Position numbers and translations under genes: made by a program. Positions 1 to 10,800 of a DNA stretch of 64,000 nt are shown here, one piece after another. The DNA is from Nemertoderma westbladi. Its lineage: Eukaryota > Animalia > Xenacoelomorpha. Position 1 is the first letter of the stretch, and every line of letters begins with the position of its first letter. Location: assembly GCA_032718475.1 (NCBI GenBank), contig JAUCBJ010008580.1:1-64000 (forward strand), given 5' to 3'. The notes beneath the pieces were generated by a model. It did not search any database. It had not been told where the DNA came from and was given only the letters and a program-made list of their open reading frames with translations.

Positions 1-469
1 GCTGTCATTGGCGCCAGACTGTCTGGTTGACACCTCCTAATTAGGCTAATTAGACCCCAATCTACAGGTGTCATCAATTAATTAGTACAATTAAACCCTA
101 ATAGGTGTCTTATGACTCCTAATTAGGGTTTAATTGATTATCCTAATTAATCAGACCGATTAGCGCCCCAACACGCAATGGTTATCAGTTATGTCCAACT
201 GTCGCAAAGCTGCCTAAGAGGGTGTCATAAGTGACACCACGGCTCTTTTATTTATTAATACTTATTTATTTGTATTTATTTGTATTTAATTTTTATTTAT
301 TTATTTGTATTACTTTTACTTTATAATATTGTTTTCCATTTTTAGTTTTAACATTAATTAGTTTATATATTACTTACCGTCGCTAAATGACCTCATTGAC
401 TTTCATCTAGTTATACTTAGACATAGGGTATACAGCTCCCTTACTGGTAACTAATTACTCTTATCTATA

Positions 470-2126
470 CTACTATTACTACTATGATCGGCATGCTGCA
501 TTGCAGCTGCATTTTTAAGAATGCTATGCCGGCTTGTCAACAAAATTGCACCGCCGCAACTCCCTATCACCCATGACATTTGCTAGATCATCCGCATCTT
601 TAAGGCCAGTGTCATTTAAGATGCGTCTCAAGAAAGTCATGGGCTGTCCACCATGCTTATTCCCTACATGAGGCTGCCAAAGTACAAGATTATGCACTGG
701 CTGGTCCTCACGTTGAAAGCAATGTCCTGCAAAGCGGAGGCGATTTTGTTCTAATGTCAAGCTTGGGGGAACCAATGAGACACCTCCAATGTTATATAGT
801 GTCTGGTTGGAGATGTGTGCATTGTACTTGACACAATGAACCCGGCGTAGCATTCTTGTGAATGTGCCATCCAGAGATTTGGTGTCCTCAGCAGTTACAG
901 CCCAGCATGGACTCCCGTAGAGGAGTACTGGAACTACTCCTGCTCTAAATAATCGGACCTTAAAAGTTTCCGATTAATTCTCGGTGACTTCAAAATCCTG
1001 GAAAGCCTATTCAAGGTCGCTCATGCCTTTCCCTTACGTATTCGAAGGTCCTCACCTGACTTCCGGATCCATGATCCCAGGTAACAGAAGTCATCAACAT
1101 GCTCAAGCATACCATCCTTTGAGCTTATGCTCATCCGATCAGAGACTTGCTGAGGACTTTCAAAGTTAACTGTCAGAATTTTGGTCTTTCTGGAGTTAAT
1201 AAAAAGACCAACACTAGAAGCAGCATGTTCTAATGAGCTGAGGAGCCGTTGGGCTCCCTCTAATGATTCTGAGAGTACTCCTAAGTCATCAGCAAAGTCT
1301 AGATTAGTTAGGTACTTGGCAGGATTTCCTCGACTTCTGGAGCCAGTAGGTGGAGTTGTCATCACCCCACCATCATTATAATGATCTAAGGACATGCGTA
1401 GAACATAGTCAACCACAATAATGAACAATAATGGTGCAAGTGTGTCTCCTTGGAGGACGCCCCATAACACTTCAAATGGTTCTGTGTCACCGTCAACAGT
1501 AGACACAAATGTTGTCGAACCATCGTATACTGATCTGATTGCTGCAATAATATCATCAGGAATCCCATATAATGAAAGTATGCTGAACATACGTGAGCGA
1601 GAGACTGAATCAAAGGCCTTGAAGAAGTCAACAAAGATAACAGCCAGATGCCTGTCTTTCTTTTTTGATAACTTTTCAATTATCCTTCTAAGTGCCAAAA
1701 TGGGCTCCATGGTCCCACGACCTTTACGGAACCCATTCTGATTTCCACGGAGCAGTCTCTCAATGGGATCTCTGATGCGATTTAATAGAACCCTATTGTA
1801 TAGCTTTGCAGCAATCGAGATCAATGAGATTCCCCGAAAAGAACCATAGAGTGTTAGGTTGCCCTTCTTGGGAATTGGCACCAACTTATTTGCTTTCATT
1901 TCTTGTGGGACTCTTGTTGTTCGGTACATGTCTACTATGATGGGATAGATGAGCTTTAAACACTCAGGTATTTTAAAGACCTCAGGGGGAACACCATCTA
2001 CTCCACTGGCACGATTGGTCTTAATGCACTTTGCAGCAGCCTTCACTTCTGCAAAGGAGATATCGCCAATGGGAATATCTGGGAGTACAGACTCAGACAC
2101 TTTTACTTCTATAAAGTTCTTATCTC
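470..2126 (-). mobile_element. 5'-truncated RTE-clade non-LTR retrotransposon (LINE)
   Basis: 15-bp TSD TTACTCTTATCTATA at 455-469 and 2127-2141; (TAG)n-like tail at 470-485; the empty site is visible at 46757-46771 in the other copy of the host repeat. Confidence 0.92.
524..2100 (-). pseudogene. RTE reverse transcriptase, disrupted (ORF pieces 1021-2100 and 524-853)
   Basis: Motifs QNGFRKGR, FVDFFKAFDS, GVLQGDTLAP, LDFADD, FCYLGS and C-terminal RLRFAGHC; stop at 1021-1023 and a downstream frame disruption. Confidence 0.92.
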
Positions 2127-2299
2127 TTACTCTTATCTATAACCAGGCAGCTTTATCGTTGACCTTTGACCCCCAATTAGCTTTAACCAAGCAACAGGTT
2201 TTTAATAATAGTTGGATCCAAGTGCACCGCCTCCCTCTCGTGACACCTTTGATTACTAATTACTCTTACCTATATCCAGCCTATATCCAGTATATAGTC

Positions 2300-2756
2300 T
2301 GCTGCTAGAGGGTGTATTATCTGAAAATTAACATCTACTCTAACTTTGTTACTTTCATTCCGATTAGGTTTAAACTCGGTAGGTATCTACTATATCATAG
2401 GCTGTATATTTTACGGAGTCACAGAGTAGTCTGAAATTCCCCAGTATGCCGCTCGAGGTCGTATTATTTGAAAATTAACATCTTCTCTAACTTTCAATTT
2501 ACACTCCGCTTAGGTTTAAACTCGATAGGCATCTACTACATCATAGGCTGTATATTTTACGGAGTCACAGAGTAGTCTGAAATTCCCCAGTATGCCGCTA
2601 GAGGTCGTATTATTTGAAAATTAACATCTTCTCTAACTTTGCAATTTACAATCCTCTTAGGTTTAAACTCGATAGGCATCTACTATATCATAGGCTGTAT
2701 ATTTTACGGAGTCACAGAGTAGTCTGAAGTTCCCCAGTCTGTCGCTAGAGGGCGAA
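2300..2756. repeat. Tandem repeat, about 146-bp unit x3
   Basis: GGAGTCACAGAGTAGTCTGAA recurs near 2415, 2561 and 2708 with the intervening sequence conserved. Confidence 0.9.
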
Positions 2757-2858
2757 ATGTTTCAAGTGAAAACCATACAGTAGCTATGAATTGGTTACTA
2801 GGCAATAATACTGCATTTTGTATAGTTAGGCCTATTGCTGACCGAACGAAAACTGCCC

Positions 2859-2933
2859 TGTTCCATGCGGGGATCGAACCCACGACCTATGGGAGATGTG
2901 AATTCAACGCAACCACTACACCAAGGTGGAACA
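2859..2933 (-). pseudogene. tRNA-derived sequence (SINE head or pseudo-tRNA)
   Basis: Minus strand reads TGTTCCA...TGGAACA with paired ends, A box TGGTGTAGTGG and B box GGTTCGATCCC; the anticodon arm does not pair well. Confidence 0.6.
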
Positions 2934-3017
2934 GTAACATTCAAATTTGTTCGTTAATGTTCGAATTTGTAAGACTCTGATTTAAGACCTGAGGCACTCC
3001 TAAAGTCTCGAGTTTTA

Positions 3018-3190
3018 GGTCTGAGGCAAAGACTATGCCTCACTGTGGCACAGACTATGCCTCACTGAGGCACTGGGGCACAGACTATGGCTCACTGAGG
3101 CACAGACTATGCTTCACTGACGCACTGAGGCACAGACTATGCCTCACTGAGGCACTGAGGCACAGACTATGCCTCACTGAGGCACAGACT
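3018..3190. repeat. Minisatellite, unit GCACAGACTATGCCTCACTGAG with optional GCACTGAG (22/30 bp)
   Basis: About 6-7 directly adjacent copies. Confidence 0.9.
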
Positions 3191-3444
3191 AAATAGCCGA
3201 GTTATATTGCATTACATGAATAATACATTACAATATACGAGCACAAAAGAGTTTGCAAGCATAGGTTCAAATCCAACTAAAGCTCTATATATTTTGCACT
3301 GAAGTGGAATACTTAGATGCTGGGGGGGGGGGGGGGGGGGAATCTGGTTTTTGAGGGATATTTGAATGGGAGTATAACTATCCTTGGGAGTTACTGTGAT
3401 GTTATCTCACCATGGATGGGCTTTTTCACTGTACTCGCATCTGC

Positions 3445-3580
3445 TCTCTCATTGGCTGCCTAACGTTCCGCCCTCGAGTCCTGATTGGCTGCCTAACTCA
3501 CCCTCGAGCTCTGATTGGATAATCCCTTCTAGCCTACATCTATAATAGCCCGCGTTCACAGCATTCCCATTCATACTCTA
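3445..3580 (+). promoter_or_regulatory. Putative Pol II core promoter: three reversed CCAAT boxes, TATA-like box, initiator-like motif
   Basis: ATTGG x3 at ~33-bp spacing (near 3451, 3484, 3514), TATAATAG at 3541, CATTCATACT near 3568, upstream of the ATG at 3688. Confidence 0.45.
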
Positions 3581-3687
3581 ATTTTCATTTTTAAAAGTTT
3601 TATCTATTTTCAAAAAGTTTTATTTATTTAAAATTTTGTAAAATCATTTAGCTAAAATTCAATACTATCAATTAACATTGCTATATA

Positions 3688-3998
3688 ATGCATGGAGATG
3701 AAAGATGTTTGGTTTGTAATAAAGAAATGTGGGAGACAAGACAATCTATCACGTTATTTGGAAAGACATAGAAAGGATAAACTAATGGATCCTTTACCAA
3801 AGAAACTTAAAAATCTGAAGATATTTTTAGTGAAGATGAAAAGAAAAAGAGAGATGAGCGTGATATATTAAAGATAAAACAGACAATGGAAAATAAATTT
3901 CATAAAGTTATGAATATTTTGAAAGGATACAAAAACAGTTACCTTTATAAAATGAAGAAAATTTGAGTGAGAAAGATGAAGAAGAAGAGGACGATGAG
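3688..3998 (+). pseudogene. 5' part of a decayed intronless gene (one C2H2-type finger followed by an acidic region), split by the BEL insertion
   Basis: With one frameshift it reads CLVC-NKKCGRQDNLSR-Y-LER-H, i.e. C-x2-C-x12-(H>Y)-x3-H, then DEEEEDDE up to the TSD; it continues at 24920. Confidence 0.5.
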
Positions 3999-5158
3999 TG
4001 TTCGCGCTTTCAGACCTTTAGCAGTTTAACCCGCCAATTTTAGGTGTCCTCTTGTTTATAAATCGACTGTAGCCTATAACAATTATTTAAAGCACATGAA
4101 GTAACATTAGCCGAAGCCAGTCTATGCGCGATCATTCACCCACGGTTAAGGGAGACTGGATTCGGATGCTTTGAAGTGATTGCTGTGCAGACCTACGGTA
4201 TTATTCGATTGGTAGTTACTATATAATCTCTGACAATATTATTCACTTTCGGGGAAATATTAACAGTTCCTTTAGGACGTGGCGCTTTAAGTATAAAACA
4301 GAGTTATGACTTACACTAAACACAACGAGATGGCTATTGATTTTCGTAATTGGCGCATTCTTTAGGAGATGCTTTATTATCTGTTACACTTCTGCATACG
4401 ATTTCACACTGCTGCACACTGATCTGCCGACCGTCACTGAATTTAATCATATATAAGGAGGATAGCAACTGACACATGTAGGGCTTATGAAATAGCATTG
4501 AATGCACACAAAAAACACTGTAATGTAAGTCGCAATTGCTACCGGTAACCGGTCTCTCTAACCTTTGGTAATCAAGAAGATTGGGGTTTTATGATTATTT
4601 CTCGATATTCTCCAAATATAACAACATATCCATCAACAGGTAACAATTAATAACTGACAGTAAATAGCAGTAAAATAATGCGGTGAAATTGGTGCAGTTT
4701 GGATTGTTCAGTGTAGTGTGTTTGGTAATAGATTTACGCTTTTATAATCAAAGCCGTCTAATGTTGGCCAAAGTCTGAAACTTCCAACACAGAAGCACAG
4801 AATCATTTCCAAGCAGTTGTTCTCGCTCAGAAAGGTAAACAAAGACCGTCATGCATTGCGCGGTTTTCCGTAGGCCTCTGTGCAAAATAAAATGAAAATC
4901 GCTCTGATTGGTCGAGCGAGCCGAACAAAGGAAGTTAAGAAAGCTCCACATCGACATCAAATCAGCTGACAGATTTCGTCATCTGAACTACACTGTATTA
5001 AGAGTATTTGGCGTATTGCGGCATAAAATGGCTTGTTATGTCCGCTAAAACACCTACAGAGTACATTGTGGAGAAAATGGCTTGTTATGTCCGCTAAAAC
5101 AACTAAACAGTTCATTGCAGAGAAAAAATGACTGGTTATATCCACAAAAGCTTTTACA
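3999..5158 (-). repeat. BEL-1 3' LTR (type A, 1160 bp)
   Basis: Matches 23771-24919 apart from roughly 17 substitutions (counted by eye) and an 11-bp indel; PPT GGGAGCGG abuts it on the minus strand (5159-5166); ~52-bp tandem units at about 5018-5150. Confidence 0.96.
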
Positions 5159-5236
5159 CCGCTCCCAGAAAATGGGATTTAATTCTATAAAATATAAAAA
5201 ATCACAGTTTCTAAAATATAAAAATACTCTAAACAG

Positions 5237-6049
5237 TTAGTCTTTCTTACGCAGACGGCGTTTACGCAGTTTTTTGAGGCTAGCGAGAGTCCTTTTCTCT
5301 TTGGTGCGAGCCACTTTACTAGGAGGGCTATAACTCCTGGTTGAAGGGTGCAATACAATTGCATCGGAAGTTTTAGGATTACGGTCGGTGTATCCGCCGG
5401 TCGAGGTACCCGGTTGATCAATATCAATCTCAGTGGAGCGAGGTCGAACAACCTTCAGAGCGCGTTTCAGTACAGCAGCTCTTACTGGTCCCTGAAGAGT
5501 CGTTTGCACGAGAGCGGTGGGTAGACCGTGAGTAGTAAGAAATTTCCTCGGTTTGATAGTTCTTTCTAACTCGCGTTCTCGGGCTCTATATTCATAGGGT
5601 CATCTATGAACTTCCTGTAGTTCTGGATGCGAGTTGATGAACAAATCGCCATATTCTGGATCTCGACGAATGAAGTTGATCAAGTTATAGGAATTGAGAT
5701 CATTGGGATTAATGTTCCTAAGATATTTACGAACAAATTTGGTTGAAATACTCTCGCCAACACGCTTCATTAGTTCGTAACTCGGTATGCGAGATTTTTG
5801 TTCAACAGACGCGAATAGATAAGGGTGGAACGCATAAACTCCTTCGTAGGCGCGTCCAGGGTAATAGCAGTGACGTGACTCACAATGTAAATCCGCGTTC
5901 GCTTCCCAGGCTCGGACGTAGTGCATGGTAATCATTTCATCTACGCTTTCTAGATCGCGGTTGAAAGGGCAATCAAAACTTGCATGTCCTTTAAACTGAC
6001 AATGATGGCATTGAGTCTTAAATTGGGGGCAGACTGAGAAAATGTGCAA
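5237..6049 (-). pseudogene. Second, diverged copy of the C-terminus of the accessory ORF (zinc knuckle plus basic tail)
   Basis: ORFs 5600-6049 and 5237-5509 share a frame, separated by one stop, and align with 7836-8650 (CHHCQFKGHASFDC vs CHYCQLKGHESYNC). Confidence 0.9.
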
Positions 6050-6050
6050 G

Positions 6051-6536
6051 TTAGTGAGTTAGTTAGTTAGTTAGTGATTAATAAAATTTTCGTTATTGGT
6101 GATTTTGAGATCGGTGATTTCATTTTCGATGTCAGTTCTAATTTTTGGTTAAATCTGATCTGTCTGCCTGTCAGCCCGTTTGCCTGTCTGCCTGCTGTCT
6201 GCCTAGTATTAACATGCTAACATGATTAACACATAGGGGGTAAGTACAGTATCACAACCCTAAACATAACCGCAATACACTACAGGAAATGATACCGATA
6301 GTAAACTGCACGGAAGCTAATCTAAGCCTACTGTATATATTCTATAAGAAAATATAGGACATTTTGACAAGGGCAAAAGGGATAGAACTAGGGCAAAAAT
6401 AATAAATTTATCAAAAATATACAGTAGTTGCGTTTCGGTGTCTGAGCCCAGTACAGTACGCGCTAACCTCCGGAGACAAAGGCGCTAAATGACCGCAAAT
6501 TCCATAATCCCTGTGTTTAGTGGTTTGGGGGGGTGG
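6051..6536 (-). other. Foreign segment inside BEL-1 ending in a (TAAC)n tract; possibly the 3' end of a non-LTR element
   Basis: No similarity to the other BEL copies in the window; (TTAG)n run at 6051-6075 at the junction with the accessory-ORF fragment. Confidence 0.4.
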
Positions 6537-7756
6537 TGTTCGCGCTTTCAGACCTTTGGCAGTTTAACCCGCCAAATTAGAATGTCTTCTAGATAATAAA
6601 TCGCTTTTTAGTCTATGACAAGTATTTGATTCACTACACTAGTCGAAACCAATCCGTGCGCGACCATTCACCCGCTGGATATTCCCGGGAGATTGGGTTC
6701 GACGGTTTAATTTTTATTGCTATGTAAGCCTAATGTATTATTCGACTGACAGTACTATATAATCTCTGACAATATTATTCACCTTCGGTAATATTAACAG
6801 TTCCTTTAGGACGTGGCGCTTTATCTACATAAACAGAGTTATGACTTAAACTACTCACAACGATATGGCTTAATTATAATTCACATATATGGCGCATTCT
6901 TTAGGAATTGCTTCTTTAACAGACTCACTCATACACTATGCTGCACAATACTGCACACTAATCTGCCAATCTTCAATGATTTTAGTCACATATAAAAGGA
7001 ACACAGGCTGACTCATGTAGGGTCTATCAAATAACATTAGATTCACTTCAAACCACTTTAACATAAGTCACAATCGTTATTGGTAACCTTTCTCTCTTAC
7101 CTTAGGTATATCAAGAATATTGGGTTGCGGGGTTATTTATCGTTATTCCAAATATAATTATTCATCAACCATATTATGAAGAACTGACAGCAAATAGCAG
7201 TATAAAACAACAAGTCAGTACCGGTATGTCAGCAATGAGATATAGGCATGAGATATTCAAGTAGTCAGTTTGTTGCGTTAAAGGATATATGCCCTTTATA
7301 ATTAAACCTACTAGTGTAAGACTAAAAAGCAGTACAGCACAAAATACTTCCAAGCCGTTCTTTCTTTGGCTCAAGACTGAATGTAAACACTGCACATAGG
7401 CATTGCGTCATTTCTCGGAAATTTTCTGTACAAGGAGCCACAAAAACGCTCTCATTGGCTGACTGAACTGAGAGACGCCGTAGAACAAAGGAAATCAACA
7501 CGTATGAATGTCAGCTGTTAACTGTAGTCATAGTAACTACTGTTCAAGAGTAGCTATCACCCTTTTGCGTCACGAATTGCCATAGAATCATAAAATATGC
7601 CTTTCACAGTACACATACGGAGGAAATAGGTCTTAGATCCTCTAAAAACACCGATACAGCAATAATACGGTCTCTTACACTTATTAAATCAACTACAGAG
7701 TATTTTAATGTAAAAGATAATAAAAATAACGGGGCAATTCAGCAAAGGCTTTTACA
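6537..7756 (-). repeat. Internal diverged LTR (type B, 1220 bp) of a sister BEL subfamily
   Basis: Same termini as type A (TGTTCGCGCTTTCAGACC ... GCTTTTACA) and the same adjacent PPT, but clearly diverged inside, especially in the presumed U3 half. Confidence 0.9.
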
Positions 7757-7835
7757 CCGCTCCCAGAAAATGGGATTTTCAGTCTATAAAATATAAAAAT
7801 CACAGTTTCTAAAACACAAAGATACTCTAAAACAG

Positions 7836-10800
7836 TTAGTCTTTCTTGCGCGGACGGCGTTTACGCAGTTTCTTAAGATTAACCAGAGTCTTTTTCTCTT
7901 TGGGGCGAGCCACTTTACGAGGAGGGCTGTAGCTCCTAGGCGAAGGGTGCAATATAATTGCATCAGAAGGTGCAGGGTTACGATCGGTATAACCGCCGGT
8001 CGAGGTACCTGGTTGATTAATATCAACCTCAGTGGAGTGAGGTCTAACGGCCTTTAGAGCGCGTCTCAGGACAGCAGCTTCTACGGGTCCTTGACGGGTC
8101 GTCTGGACACTAGCGGTGGGTGGACCGTGAGTGGTGAGGAACTTTCTCGGTTTAATGGTTCTCTCCAGCTCGCGTTCTCGGGTTCGGTATTCATATGGGC
8201 GCCGAGATACTTCCTGGAGTTCAGGATGCGAGTTCACGAAAATGTCGCCATACGCAGGGTCCTGACGGATATAATTGATCAGGTGATATGTGGTTATATC
8301 ATTAGGATTAACGTTTCTCAGGTATTTCCTGACAAACTTGGTGGAAATACACTCACCAACACGCTTCATTAACTCGTAACTTGGTACGCGTGTTTTCTGT
8401 TCAATCGATGCGAATAGATAAGGATGGAACGCGTAAACTCCCTCGTAAGCTCGTCCAGGGTAATAGCGATGTCTGGATTCGCAATGTAAATCTGCGTTCG
8501 CTTCCCAAGCTCGGATGTATCGCAGGGTGATCATCTCGTCTACGCTCTCTAAATCGCGATTAAAGGGACAATTGTAACTTTCGTGTCCTTTAAGTTGGCA
8601 GTAGTGACATTGAGTCATAAACTGTGGGCAGACGGCAAATATATGAGAGTTATTAAGCCGGCAATAAGCACAATATATTTCCATCATCGGTTGTTCGAGG
8701 AAATAGGAACAAGGTACGCTCGAGTCGAGAGGAGTGAAGTGGTCTCTCGATGCGCATAATCGACAACGTTTTCGGGAAACGTAGTTGGCGTGTCGATAAT
8801 CGTACGCTGTGAGACGCTGGGGACCTTGATACCACTCTATGACATAATCATTGTCACTGCTCCGAGAAGCCGTAGGTTGAATCGCTTCGGATTCCAAGCA
8901 TACTGGTTCATCCTCCAGTTGCATAGACGAAGTTGGTGCGTCGGTTTCCGTAAGTGGACCCACTGTCTGTATTTCCACGACAGAATAACCTGTAGGTATT
9001 CGGGGTCTTTGTATAACGGATGAATGTGAGTTCTGTATACAAATGTCTTGAAACACGGCAAATCCAGCGCTACTCAGTTTCTCCGCAGCTGAGTCTCTAA
9101 GGCTGAGCTTGGTCAGCGCGCGATCTTTGAACTGACTATCGACGTTACGGAACGGAGTCAGAAAGCGCCGGAAACATTCGAAACGTATGAACTTATTGTG
9201 TTCGTCTAACTTGGCGAGTTTAGTTCCAAGTATTAAGGGATGGGTGCGTATAGTACGACTGCACACATCGGCTAGCCAACCGGCAAGTGCGGCGTTTTCG
9301 AAGATAGTGTATATAGCTAATGAGGGACGAAGTGGAACACTCATGAAGCTATACACGACGCCAGGTGCGGTTAGTGGTCCGTCGAAGTATAATCGAGAAT
9401 AATGGTCTCCATATACTTGTTGATAGTTGATAGGGTTTCCGACTTTGAAATTCCATCCGTATTCTTGAAAGGCAAGGTGTCCGATGGAGGTTCGTTGTAC
9501 TTTGTTGATGCCGCTGGGTGTATTGGCCTATGTAGTTCGGAAGAAACCTCGGCCTTCTGCCCAGGGAGCAATCAGCTGTGTATCTACGAAAGGATAAGGA
9601 ATATTCTCCATGTTCCTAAAGTCGTTTTGGAGATCTCCATAAACAGCTGAGCCGACTTTAAGGATTCTTTCGTTAAACAACATCTCGAGCACGGGCTGAT
9701 GTAACATCGATCCATCGATACCCATGGCCGGTTTGCGCTCGGTGTCGGTGACGTAACGCTGCGCGAGTTCGAATTGTCCATGTCGGAGTTTCTTTTGTAT
9801 CTCAGTGAGGGTCTCAAAAGAATAATCAATCACATCGGAACACGCTCGAGTAAATACGTGAGTAGAACCAGCTAGTCCTCGTATATGTATCATGCGCGTA
9901 GTTCCCAGTTCTCCAACCGGAACGCTACCTTCATTATCGTAAGTGACAACTCCATACATTTCGATAACGTTAAGAGTTTCGTTCCACTCCTTAGTGGCGT
10001 TTTCTAGGGTCATCCCCACTGGATGCCACAAGGTGGCGCATTCGCTAGAGTTAGGTAGATCCCTATACTTCAGATACTGTGTAGTATATGTCTCTACATC
10101 TCCATATCGTTGTATTCTCTCCTCCTCAAATAACACATCGAGGTTTCAGTGGACTAATCGAGTTTTGATAAATCCATCGAGATTATATGGAGGTATTATA
10201 TCCTTCTCTATTCTGGAAACATTGTAAGGTTTTCGGAATGAGTTTACTTTCACTAACTGATCCAGATGTTTCTGCAGTTGCTCGAGTTCGACAAGATCGA
10301 GAGGATTTATTAGTGGTAGAAACCTTAGACTATGTGTAGGATCTTCCGGTTTTACCATATAATATTGAGTTAGATTGACATAATAAGGGTGATCTTTGAT
10401 CCCATAAAACGAGTTCGGTAAAGGTCTAGCGCGTATGTTGACCTCATGTACCATACGATGGACAAGATCCGCTCGATTGTCCGGAGGTTCAACGAGTATA
10501 CCATCGACACGAGTGGCCTCGATTGGCGGACGCTGTAACATAGGAGCGTCAGCGATAAGATCTCGAGATCTTAGGTTGATATCAACCGGTTGGGGTTGTA
10601 CCGTTGCGAAGAGTTTATCTCCGAAATGGGGAACCATCGAGGGATGAATGATGGTTTTGGAGTAGAGATCCGTCATAAGGATTTGAGCTTCAGGTTGGGC
10701 TAAAGCTGCTTCTTCTCTTTCATCCATTTCGATTTGTTTCTCCTCGAGCTGATTTTCCTCCGCTTCTCGTTGTAAGCGTTCGTCTAAAAACTCTTGTAAA

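Larger units (their letters stand above)
1..2801. mobile_element. Non-autonomous interspersed repeat, Helitron/Helentron-like, interrupted by an RTE LINE at 470-2126; left end outside the window
   Basis: 1-469 plus 2142-2340 is the reverse complement of about 46555-47210. It has internal ~146-bp units with GCTAGAGGGCG and AAACTCGGTAGG motifs and a possible CTAG 3' end near 2801. The repeat is seen directly; the family assignment is inference. Confidence 0.5.

Noticed and set aside
2859-2933. Functional tRNA gene (also 50719-50794)
   Set aside because: A and B boxes are present but the anticodon arms do not pair properly; treated as tRNA-derived.
3018-3190. CRISPR-like array
   Set aside because: Contiguous minisatellite without unique spacers, no cas genes, eukaryotic context.
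9371-9571. 66-aa ORF as the link between accessory ORF pieces
   Set aside because: Wrong frame; the 9528-10136 frame reads through one TAG directly into 7836-9356.
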